Of a stretch of DNA of 19,604 bases, positions 8,293 through 16,377 are shown one piece after another. A model generated the notes under the pieces. The model worked only from the letters and a program-made list of their open reading frames with translations. It did no database searches and had not been told where the DNA came from. Source of the stretch: Candidatus Latescibacterota bacterium (GTDB lineage Bacteria > Latescibacterota > UBA2968); assembly GCA_038279365.1 (NCBI GenBank), contig JAYODI010000039.1, forward strand, positions 28,756 to 48,359, read 5' to 3'. Within the stretch, counting starts at the first letter, position 1, and each line of letters starts with the position of its first letter. A program made the position numbers and the translations under genes.

Positions 8293-8418
8293 TTAGGTGT
8301 GTGTGGACGTTTCTGCTTCGTGAGACAATGAGCCTTTGTTCATAGGTTGCATTTTGCGTCAATCTCACATCTTCTCCCTCAACGTGTTTAAGCAGAACGC
8401 AACCGAGGAGCGTTTTAA

Positions 8419-9573
8419 ATGCCATTGCGAGTGAATCATAATATTACGGCCATTACAGCTCGGCGTGCCTTAGGGGTGAACAGTCGCTCTCTGTCTACGC
8501 ATATTGAGCGTTTGGCAACGGGGTTGCGCATTAACCGAGCCGCCGATGATGCGGCTGGCTTGGCCATTAGTGAAGGCATGCGTGCCGAAATTGGTGGTTT
8601 GACCCAAGCTGTGCGCAATGCTGAGCAAGCCACAAACCTTACGCAGGTGGCCGAAGGGGCATTGAACGAAGTGAATGCCATGCTCATTCGGATGCGTGAG
8701 TTGTCTGTGCAAGCGGCTTCTTCTACGGTAAATGATTCGAACCGAGCCAACTTGCAAGCCGAATATACCCAACTGGTGGCCGAAATTGACCGTGTGGCCA
8801 ATTCGACCTCTTATAATAATACGGTGTTGCTCACTGGGTTTGGCAATACGGTGAGCACTACACAATCGACGGCGATAACGGCCAGTGCCACCACGGGTGT
8901 GCGCGATGTGACGGTTTCTGGCTCTGGGAATGGCACCTATTCATTTATAGACAGCAGCAGCACAGATCGCCAAATTACTTTGGGCAATGGCATTGCGACA
9001 CAAACGATTGATATTGGCTCTATTTTGGATCAAGACGGAGTCGGCGGTGTGGTGGCCACGGGAACGACAGTGGTGGCCAACTTTGATCGTTTGGGCATTA
9101 TATTGACCCTGGATGATCGATATCGAGATGGCGACTTGGATGGCCAAACCATTCAGATTGATCAGGGAACGGGTGGCTCATTTCAGGTGGGGCCAGATAA
9201 TAAGGTTGTGGATCGTATTGAGTTTGGTATGCGCGACATGCGTGCCAGTGGCACAGAATTGAACTTGAATGTGACGTCTATTTCTTCGTTGCTCAGTGCG
9301 CGTGAAGCCATTCCATATATCGATTTGGCGATTTCACGGGTGGCCAATCAACGATCGGACATTGGTGCCATTCAGAACCGCTTGGCATTTACGGTATCAT
9401 CGGCCAACAATGCCATTGAAAACATTCAGGCCTCAGAGTCGTCTATTCGCGATGCCGATGTGGCCAGTGAAATTTCTGAATTTACACGGTCACAAATTTT
9501 GACACAGGCAGCAACCTCTGTGTTGGCGCAGGCCAATGCGATACCACAATCGGCATTGTCGCTGTTGCAATAA
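8419..9573 (+). CDS. fliC: Flagellin 1 (384 aa; probably the minor flagellin)
   Basis: ERLATGLRINRAADDAAGLAISE, RMRELSVQA, GAIQNRL, SIRDADVASE, LAQAN; SD GAGGAG at 8405-8410. Confidence 0.98.
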   Translation: MPLRVNHNITAITARRALGVNSRSLSTHIERLATGLRINRAADDAAGLAISEGMRAEIGGLTQAVRNAEQATNLTQVAEGALNEVNAMLIRMRELSVQAASSTVNDSNRANLQAEYTQLVAEIDRVANSTSYNNTVLLTGFGNTVSTTQSTAITASATTGVRDVTVSGSGNGTYSFIDSSSTDRQITLGNGIATQTIDIGSILDQDGVGGVVATGTTVVANFDRLGIILTLDDRYRDGDLDGQTIQIDQGTGGSFQVGPDNKVVDRIEFGMRDMRASGTELNLNVTSISSLLSAREAIPYIDLAISRVANQRSDIGAIQNRLAFTVSSANNAIENIQASESSIRDADVASEISEFTRSQILTQAATSVLAQANAIPQSALSLLQ

Positions 9574-9579
9574 AAAAGA

Positions 9580-9638
9580 GGTCACTGGTCACAGGTCTAC
9601 TGGTCGTTGGTTAATGATGACAACGCGTACTGGTAGAC
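9580..9638. repeat. Degenerate heptamer array overlapping a 3' stem-loop
   Basis: GGTCACT-GGTCACA-GGTCTACT-GGTCGTT-GGTTAAT (9580-9615); stem GTCTACTGGT/ACTGGTAGAC (9595-9604/9629-9638, with G-U pairs) enclosing CGTTG/CAACG. Confidence 0.55.
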
Positions 9639-9694
9639 GGCTTGTAAGGTTTAGACTTGAGGCGGACGTTTTTTTTAAAATTCTAAAAAAGCAC

Positions 9695-9721
9695 TAAAGC
9701 AAAATCTACACAAGTCGATAT
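9695..9721 (+). promoter_or_regulatory. sigma28 (FliA) promoter, distal
   Basis: TAAA-N15-GTCGATAT. Confidence 0.65.
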
Positions 9722-10001
9722 ATAAAGTAATACCAAGTTGTTCTATTTAGTTTTTGGGTTATTTAAAAAGATATTGAATGGCGTCTCGATAACCTCCTTC
9801 AAACTTTTAAATGAATCCAGGCCAGTGAAAATGATGTTTTGGGAGTCAGGTCTTGAAACGTCACGTTTAAGAAATTGTAAAATAATAATTTATGAAAATG
9901 AGGTTTTGCGGAAAAATAAAAAAGTAACAAAAAATAGAAGTGGCCAAAGGGAATTTGAGCCGGGTATTGGCAAATGGGCTGCGCTTCTCCTAAGAAAAAG
10001 T

Positions 10002-10029
10002 TAAAGGTTCTTTCTGGTATTGCCGATAA
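10002..10029 (+). promoter_or_regulatory. sigma28 (FliA) promoter for flagellin 2
   Basis: TAAA-N16-GCCGATAA, consensus boxes. Confidence 0.8.
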
Positions 10030-10195
10030 TTGTAAAAAAGGCAAACTATGTTTATGAGCCACAACAAGGAGGTGACGCATTTAGGCCCAATAAAGTGTTA
10101 TTTTTGCCGATGTTCGGCATTCTGTTGTTGTAGATGTACACAATTTCCCTGACCAATCTCTCCGGTTTACTTTCCTGACCAAGTAAACCAAACAC

Positions 10196-10251
10196 TATGG
10201 CAAGGACGCCATAACGGTCTCCATTTTTTAAAGTGAGACAAACAAGGAGGT
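10196..10251 (+). promoter_or_regulatory. CsrA-type binding sites in the flagellin 2 leader
   Basis: Hairpin TATGGC-AAGGAC-GCCATA (10196-10213) shows AGGA in its loop; second ACAAGGAGG overlaps the SD (10242-10250). Same layout as CsrA-controlled Bacillus subtilis hag. Confidence 0.75.
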
Positions 10252-10258
10252 TATCGAG

Positions 10259-11449
10259 ATGCCACTCCGAGTAAATACGAATATTCCTGCGTTAAATACA
10301 CGCCGGATTTTGAGTATCAATAACCGCGATTTGAAGACACGCATCGAGCGATTGTCTTCGGGGTTGCGGATTAACCGTGCAGCAGATGATGCCGCAGGGT
10401 TAAGCATTTCTGAAGGTATGCGAGGCGAGTTAACAGGTTTGCGTCAAGCTGTGAAAAACGCAGAGCAGGCAACAAACCTGATTCAAACCGCTGAAGGCGC
10501 ACTGAATGAAGTGAATGCAATTTTAATCCGTATGCGTGAGTTGTCTGTTCAGTCGGCTTCATCGACTGTTAATGACGACAACCGTGAAGCACTTAATGCG
10601 GAATATATTCAGTTGAACAATGAAATTGATCGTATTTCTACGGTTACTTCATATAACAACACAACGTTGTTGACAGGCTATGGTAATGTTGTGAGTGGCG
10701 ATCCCACTGTATCAACTGCGCTTGCTTCGGCAACCACTGGCGTTGTAAATGTTCAAAATTCAGGTGCTGCTGCAGGCACCTATGTTTTTGCCGATACTCC
10801 AGGTGATAATTCCATTACCTTGGGTAATGGTGTTGCCACGCAAACCATTGACATTGGTCCGGCGTTGGATACGGATGCTGTAGGTGGTGTGGTTGCCACT
10901 GGCAGTGCAATTGTGGCCAACTTTGACCGTTTGGGTATTCAACTCACGTTGAGCGGTGAAAAAGACCCACAAGGGTTGAACCCCGCTTCCGATGGATATC
11001 GCGATTCTGATTTGGATGGTACGCAGTTGGTCATCGGTGCTGGTACCGGTGGTACATTCCAAATTGGTCCCAATGATGGTGCAGTACATCGCATTGAGAT
11101 CAATATTCGAGATATGCGCGCTTCTGGTAGTGTCTTGAACCTCAGCAGTACGAGCGTTTCAAGCTTGTCGAGTTCGCAAACCTCAATGGAAACGATTGAC
11201 CTTGCAATTGCCACAGTTGCTCAACAGCGTGGTGATTTGGGTGCTTTCCAGAATCGTTTGGCCTTTAATATTCGGGCAAACGAGAATACCATAGAAAACA
11301 TCACGGCATCTGAATCGTCTATCCGAGATGCAGATATTGCGACTGAAGTCTCGGCCTTTACAAGGGCTCAGATCTTGGTCCAGTCGGGCACATCACTCTT
11401 AGCGCAAGCTAATGTGTTGCCACAAAATGCCCTGTCACTCCTCGGGTAA
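10259..11449 (+). CDS. fliC: Flagellin 2 (396 aa; probably the major flagellin)
   Basis: ERLSSGLRINRAADDAAGLSISE, GAFQNRL, SIRDADIATE; strong SD AAGGAGG; directly upstream of flaG-fliD-fliS. Confidence 0.98.
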   Translation: MPLRVNTNIPALNTRRILSINNRDLKTRIERLSSGLRINRAADDAAGLSISEGMRGELTGLRQAVKNAEQATNLIQTAEGALNEVNAILIRMRELSVQSASSTVNDDNREALNAEYIQLNNEIDRISTVTSYNNTTLLTGYGNVVSGDPTVSTALASATTGVVNVQNSGAAAGTYVFADTPGDNSITLGNGVATQTIDIGPALDTDAVGGVVATGSAIVANFDRLGIQLTLSGEKDPQGLNPASDGYRDSDLDGTQLVIGAGTGGTFQIGPNDGAVHRIEINIRDMRASGSVLNLSSTSVSSLSSSQTSMETIDLAIATVAQQRGDLGAFQNRLAFNIRANENTIENITASESSIRDADIATEVSAFTRAQILVQSGTSLLAQANVLPQNALSLLG

Positions 11450-11476
11450 CCCTGAGGTATTCAAGTAAGTTTTGAG

Positions 11477-11518
11477 TAGGTAGTAAGGGCATAAATACCC
11501 TTACTGCCTATTCGATAT
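11477..11518 (+). promoter_or_regulatory. Stem-loop after flagellin 2 with overlapping sigma28-like promoter for flaG
   Basis: Stem TAGGTAGTAAGGG/CCCTTACTGCCTA (11477-11510), no U-tract; TAAA(11492-11495)-N15-TTCGATAT(11511-11518). Confidence 0.5.
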
Positions 11519-11535
11519 TCCGTGAGGTATAGGAG

Positions 11536-11904
11536 ATGGAATTCGCTATCCAAGCCACAAAATCAGTGCAGTCATCGGCTGAGCGTGTCCATTTTAAAAA
11601 CTCTCCTTCCTCCACGCAACAGGATGTAGTCGTGGACCGTCCCGAACGTAAGGCACAGCCAGCCCAAAAAGAAAAGGTGATGGATGTGCAAAAGCTGGAA
11701 AAAGCCGCGGAGCGGCTCAGCAAAGCTTTACAAGCGTTCGATAAGGATTTGAATATTTCGTTTCATGACGACGGTAAGGTGGTGGTTCGTGTAACCGACC
11801 CCAAAACCGGCGATGTGATTCGTCAAATTCCAACCGAAAGGGTTTTGGAGGTTGAGGAGAGCTTAGATAAAATTGTTGGGCTCTTTGTCAACGATACTGC
11901 ATAA
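11536..11904 (+). CDS. flaG: Flagellar protein FlaG
   Basis: VVRVTDPKTGDVIRQIPTE...GLFVN FlaG signature; between flagellin and fliD. Confidence 0.95.
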   Translation: MEFAIQATKSVQSSAERVHFKNSPSSTQQDVVVDRPERKAQPAQKEKVMDVQKLEKAAERLSKALQAFDKDLNISFHDDGKVVVRVTDPKTGDVIRQIPTERVLEVEESLDKIVGLFVNDTA

Positions 11905-11912
11905 AATGATGA

Positions 11913-11950
11913 GTAGGTCGGCAAATTTGTTTGCCGACCTACCTTCTTTT
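11913..11950 (+). terminator. Strong hairpin after flaG (terminator or REP-like)
   Basis: Perfect 13-bp stem GTAGGTCGGCAAA-TTTG-TTTGCCGACCTAC followed by CTTCTTTT. Confidence 0.7.
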
Positions 11951-12103
11951 CAGTTTTAAGCTGCACGGATGCAGCGGACAATGGCCTTATTTTTGTGCAT
12001 TGTCCGTGTTTTTGTTTATAAAAGGCTGTAAAAACATAAAAAAAATACAAATGGAGCAACGCGACTGTTGTGTGGCCTGTGTTTTGCTTTATTTGTAATG
12101 GGT

Positions 12104-12130
12104 TCAAGTAATTTCATAATCTGCCGATGT
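12104..12130 (+). promoter_or_regulatory. sigma28 promoter for fliD-fliS operon
   Basis: TCAA-N15-GCCGATGT, about 66 nt before the fliD ATG. Confidence 0.7.
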
Positions 12131-12195
12131 ATTAGAGTAGACCGGATCATTTGCGATGGGGCAATAGGGTATCCGAAAACCATGTTGAGGCAAAT

Positions 12196-15100
12196 ATGAG
12201 TTCAGGAGTTAGTTTTTCAGGTTTGAGTTCAGGCATTGATACTGCTACGATTGTTGAGCAGTTGATTGCCATTGAGCGCAGACCTGTGACATTGCTCGAA
12301 AACCAACAAATTAGAGAAGAAAACAAGCTCACGGTGTTGCAAGAGATCAACACCAGTTTGTTGACGACAAAGACCAGTGTGGAAGCATTGTCTAAGCCTG
12401 AAGGCTTTGACTTATTTAATGTGTCATCCAGCCATGAAGATATCGTGGGGGTATCTTCAACGGGTGGTGCGGCATCTGGGTCTTTTTCTGTTGAGGTTTT
12501 GGGCCTGGCACAGGCGCAAACGCGTTCTTCGCAATCTTTTTCAAGCAAAAGCACAGCATTGGGTCTTGGGGGAGATATTGTTATCAATGGCAAAGCCATT
12601 ACGATTAACAGCGATGATACATTAACGGATCTGCAGGATTCCATTAACGATGCCAATGCAGGTGTTACTGCTCAAATTTTGCAAGTATCCAGCACAGACT
12701 TTCGATTGCTCATCACCAGTGAAAATACGGGTGTTGAGGGGTTTAGTTTGTTGGATGCAAGTGCCACCGATGTGTTACAAGGTCTTGGCTTTACAAATAC
12801 GTCTACATCAATAAAAAATGCGATTACGGGTGGTGCCCAGTCTGAACAATTTGTGAGCAGCACAACAGCGGTGGGGAGCTTATTGGGTGTCAATACGTCT
12901 CCTTCGGGCTCGGTGACCATTGGCAATCAAACTGTGGCCATCAATTTGGCGACAGATTCTTTGCAGGATATTAAAGATGCCATAGATGCAGCAGGCCCGG
13001 CGGGTGTGACCACATCTATTGTAACCGAAGAAGATGACAATGGCAGTACTGTATTTCGGTTACAAATAGATGGTACGACCACATTTGCTGATGATGGCAA
13101 CGTGCTTGAAGCGTTGGGTGTGCTCACGGGCGCATCGAGCGTGGACCCCGCTGTGGCAGAAGTGCATACCGCCAATGTGGCCAATACCACAGACGGTTCT
13201 ACGGCCATTAGTGCCAGCACGAGATTTAATGCGGTTTTTGGTGCCAATGTTGCCAACAATGATACGATTACAATTTCAGGTACAGATCGCAATGGCAATG
13301 CTGTGTCGGGTTCGTTTACCATCAACAATGTCAATTCAAACGACATTCAAGATTTATTGAGTGAGGTTGAAACCGTATTTGGTGGGGCCGTAACGGCCAG
13401 TGTAGACAGCAGTGGTAAGTTGGTGGTCACGGATAATACGGCAGGTCAAAGTCAGTTGTCTGTCTCTTTGTCGGCCAATAATGAAGGCGGCGGTACTCTG
13501 AACTTTGGTACTTTTGCGGTAACAAGTGAAGGGGAAAATGCAAGTTCCCGCGAAGTTGTCTCTGGACAAAACGCCAGTTTTCGCGTAAATGGTGTAACTC
13601 TCTCCAGATCCAGCAACACCGTAACGGATGCGATTGATGGTGTTTCATTGAGCTTGAAAGATGTTGCAGTTGGCACCCAAGTGGGTATCAATATATCGCG
13701 TGACACATCGGGGCTTCGTGAAAAAATAGATACTTTTGTTACCGACTTTAATGAGACAATGTCTTTGATTAGTGAGCAATTTGTATTTGATGAAGATTCA
13801 GAAACATCTGGCCCCTTGTCGGGTGATTCGACATTGCTGACCTTGCAGTCACAATTGCGTCAGGTGATTACCACACCTGTATCGGGGTTGCCTGAAGATG
13901 AAAATATATTGACCTTGTTTGGTGTTTCATTTGACCGCCAAGGTCTTTTGCAAGTTGATGAAGACAAGTTAACCGAAAGTTTGACCACCAATTTTAATGC
14001 CTTTCGAAAAGTGATGGTGGCAGATGGCAAAACCACAGATGCAAATATAGAATTTGTGTTTCAAAGTGACGACACCAAAGCGGGTAGTTATGCAATCAAT
14101 ATTACCACAGCTCCCGAGCAAGCGACCCATACGGGTACAACAGATTTGACCGCGGGGTTGGCTGCTGGTGAGAGCATTACGATTACAGATACACTGACCT
14201 CGCGTGCGGCAACCATTGATTTGAGTGCCGGTGATGATATTGACACAATCGTGTCGAAGATTAACACGGAACTAAATTCTTCGGTGGCAGAGGTGCGTAC
14301 AGGGTCTGTGGCCAATACCACAGATGGTGCCACGGCCATTACGGGTGCCACCACGTTTGATAATCTTTTTGGTGCAGGTGTTGTGGCCAATGATACCATT
14401 GATATCCAAGGTACATTGCACAGTGGTGCTCGGGTATCGGGTTCATTTACCATTTCTGACCCTACCACACAAACCGTTGACGATTTGTTGTCTAAGGTGC
14501 GCAGTATATTTGGTGGCAATGTTTCTACATCTGTTACGGCCAATGGGCAAATTCAAATTACAGATAACCAAGTTGGAAACAGTTCTTTAACATTGGCATT
14601 AATTGAGCGCAATGAAGGTGGCGGGAGTTTGGATTTTGGCGGTGTTGATGTCACTGAAGAAGGACGTTTTGCCATTGGGGTCACAGCGTCTAATGAGGGT
14701 GGGAAGCTAAAGTTGACAGCGGGAGCCTATGGTGTGGCCACGGGTTTTACGGTGAGTCAAAACACGGGTGAAATGGGCCTGACAGATGCCACATATAATG
14801 GTGTGGATGTGGTTGGAACCATCAATGGTGAAACAACAACAGGGTCGGGGCGCGTGTTAACAGGGGCGACGGATTCTGCCAATATTGCGGGTTTGTCTAT
14901 TCGGGTGAATTTGACACCTGCCCAATTGATTGCTCAAGGGGGCAACCAAGGATCGGTTAATGTGACACAAGGCATTGCCGATCAGGTGAGACGCACCTTA
15001 AAGTCGATTACCGATCCTTTTGAGGGATTGGTAGCGACAAGAGAACAAGCTATTGATGACACCATTAAGTCTGCACAAGACCAGATTGTTGCGCTCAATG

Positions 15101-15234
15101 CGCGTATTGCATTAAAAGAAAGTACATTGTTGAAACAGTTTACAGCTATGGAAACAGCAGTTGCAGAATTTAATTCTATCGGATCATTTTTGGGGGCACA
15201 GTTGGCATCTTTGCCATCTGCAAATTCCAGATAA
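12196..15234 (+). CDS. fliD: Flagellar filament cap protein FliD (HAP2), 1012 aa
   Basis: SFSGLSSGIDTATIVEQLIAIER N-terminus, LAQAQ, RSSNTVTDAIDGVSLSLK, GPLSGDS, LLKQFTAMETAV C-terminus; ATG 12196 follows GAGG (preferred to TTG 12151). Confidence 0.95.
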   Translation: MSSGVSFSGLSSGIDTATIVEQLIAIERRPVTLLENQQIREENKLTVLQEINTSLLTTKTSVEALSKPEGFDLFNVSSSHEDIVGVSSTGGAASGSFSVEVLGLAQAQTRSSQSFSSKSTALGLGGDIVINGKAITINSDDTLTDLQDSINDANAGVTAQILQVSSTDFRLLITSENTGVEGFSLLDASATDVLQGLGFTNTSTSIKNAITGGAQSEQFVSSTTAVGSLLGVNTSPSGSVTIGNQTVAINLATDSLQDIKDAIDAAGPAGVTTSIVTEEDDNGSTVFRLQIDGTTTFADDGNVLEALGVLTGASSVDPAVAEVHTANVANTTDGSTAISASTRFNAVFGANVANNDTITISGTDRNGNAVSGSFTINNVNSNDIQDLLSEVETVFGGAVTASVDSSGKLVVTDNTAGQSQLSVSLSANNEGGGTLNFGTFAVTSEGENASSREVVSGQNASFRVNGVTLSRSSNTVTDAIDGVSLSLKDVAVGTQVGINISRDTSGLREKIDTFVTDFNETMSLISEQFVFDEDSETSGPLSGDSTLLTLQSQLRQVITTPVSGLPEDENILTLFGVSFDRQGLLQVDEDKLTESLTTNFNAFRKVMVADGKTTDANIEFVFQSDDTKAGSYAINITTAPEQATHTGTTDLTAGLAAGESITITDTLTSRAATIDLSAGDDIDTIVSKINTELNSSVAEVRTGSVANTTDGATAITGATTFDNLFGAGVVANDTIDIQGTLHSGARVSGSFTISDPTTQTVDDLLSKVRSIFGGNVSTSVTANGQIQITDNQVGNSSLTLALIERNEGGGSLDFGGVDVTEEGRFAIGVTASNEGGKLKLTAGAYGVATGFTVSQNTGEMGLTDATYNGVDVVGTINGETTTGSGRVLTGATDSANIAGLSIRVNLTPAQLIAQGGNQGSVNVTQGIADQVRRTLKSITDPFEGLVATREQAIDDTIKSAQDQIVALNARIALKESTLLKQFTAMETAVAEFNSIGSFLGAQLASLPSANSR

Positions 15235-15283
15235 TATGTAAGTCCGATTCATTCCATCACTTATTCCAAGCGTTGAGGAGGAT

Positions 15284-15709
15284 ATGGCAGCCAGTCCTAA
15301 AGCTTACGGCCAATATCGCCAAGTGCAGGTCAATACGGCCTCGCCAGGTAAATTGATTTTGCTTTTATATCAAGGTGCAATTCGTTCGATGAAGCAGGGC
15401 ATTGATTTGATTCATAAGAAAGATTATGAAGGCAAGGGCAATGCGTTGATTAAGGCCCAAGATATCGTAATGGAACTCAACATGGCTTTGGATATGGATA
15501 TTGGCGGGGAGATTTCTCAATCGTTGCGCCAGTTGTATCTTTATATCTATAAACGTTTGGTTGAGGCCAATATGGAATTGAACACCGAATATCTTCAAGA
15601 ATGTATTCGCATTATGGAAAATTTGCTCGGTGCTTGGGAAAAGGCCGTACAGGAAACCGAAGGTGCAGGTTCATCTGCGCACAAACCAGGATTGAGCGTG
15701 ACGGGGTAA
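15284..15709 (+). CDS. fliS: Flagellin export chaperone FliS
   Basis: YRQVQVNTASPGKLILLLYQGAI, KAQDIVMEL..ALD..GGEI, LYLYIYKRL, AW; SD GAGGAGG. Confidence 0.97.
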   Translation: MAASPKAYGQYRQVQVNTASPGKLILLLYQGAIRSMKQGIDLIHKKDYEGKGNALIKAQDIVMELNMALDMDIGGEISQSLRQLYLYIYKRLVEANMELNTEYLQECIRIMENLLGAWEKAVQETEGAGSSAHKPGLSVTG

Positions 15710-15712
15710 TTC

Positions 15713-16165
15713 ATGATAGACGCGGGTCAAAAGATAGAAGCTTTACTGGAAGCGCAATTGAAGTATTATCGTGCCATGAAGTTGGCTGTTGAAAAACAGA
15801 CGGCTTATATTGAAGCAATGGACATTGGTGGGTTAACAACGGGAACGTCTGAAACGCGTGCCTTGATGCGCAAAGTACGCGATTTGGAAGCCGAGTTGCG
15901 CCCCTTGCGCCAAAGTTGGAACAACTTGGGTTTGGATCGACCGGTGATTGAAAAGCGCAGAATTGATGGACTCATTGATGAGATGCGTAGCTTGCTTGAG
16001 TCTTTTCAGGTTCTTAAAGATCATAATCAATCTTTGCTTGAGCGTTCTATGGAAGATGTTCGGCAGCAACTGTCTGGGCTTAAAAAACGCAAGCAAATGT
16101 CAAATGCTTATCAACCCAAACCCCGTATGGCAACGGCTGCTCGGTTTATTGATCGCTCAAAATAA
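15713..16165 (+). CDS. FlgN/FliT-like flagellar export chaperone
   Basis: Helical 150 aa protein directly after fliS; N..LL, AY and terminal RFIDRSK resemble FlgN/FliT-type chaperones; cannot distinguish the two by eye. Confidence 0.7.
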   Translation: MIDAGQKIEALLEAQLKYYRAMKLAVEKQTAYIEAMDIGGLTTGTSETRALMRKVRDLEAELRPLRQSWNNLGLDRPVIEKRRIDGLIDEMRSLLESFQVLKDHNQSLLERSMEDVRQQLSGLKKRKQMSNAYQPKPRMATAARFIDRSK

Positions 16166-16211
16166 GATATGATATATATGGTTTAAAAATTAAGTTTTCA
16201 AAAATTCATGC

Positions 16212-16247
16212 AAAAACCTCTAACCGTTTGGTTGGAGGTTTTTTTTT
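16212..16247 (+). terminator. Rho-independent terminator of fliD-fliS operon
   Basis: AAAAACCTCTAACC-GTTT-GGTTGGAGG followed by a T9 run. Confidence 0.85.
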
Positions 16248-16377
16248 GTTGTGGGCTGTAAACTGGAATGATATTTGCGTTATTTAAGCGCAGACATGTA
16301 TATGTCTCATTAAAAGGGATTTTAAGGTGTTTATTTCTGGTTAATAGGAAAAATTATCACATTGAGAGGTGGCTACC

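Noticed and set aside
8057..8296. 79-aa + strand ORF (and 8006-8425 on minus)
   Set aside because: No SD or motif; overlaps the sigma54 promoter; composition reflects strand skew.
9968..9983. TGGCAA-ATGGG-CTGCG as a sigma54 box for flagellin 2
   Set aside because: Spacing fits but both elements deviate from consensus, and a consensus sigma28 promoter is adjacent.
9738..10080. 88-aa (+) and 93-aa (-) ORFs between the flagellins
   Set aside because: No SD or motifs; AT-rich promoter DNA overlapping sigma28 boxes.
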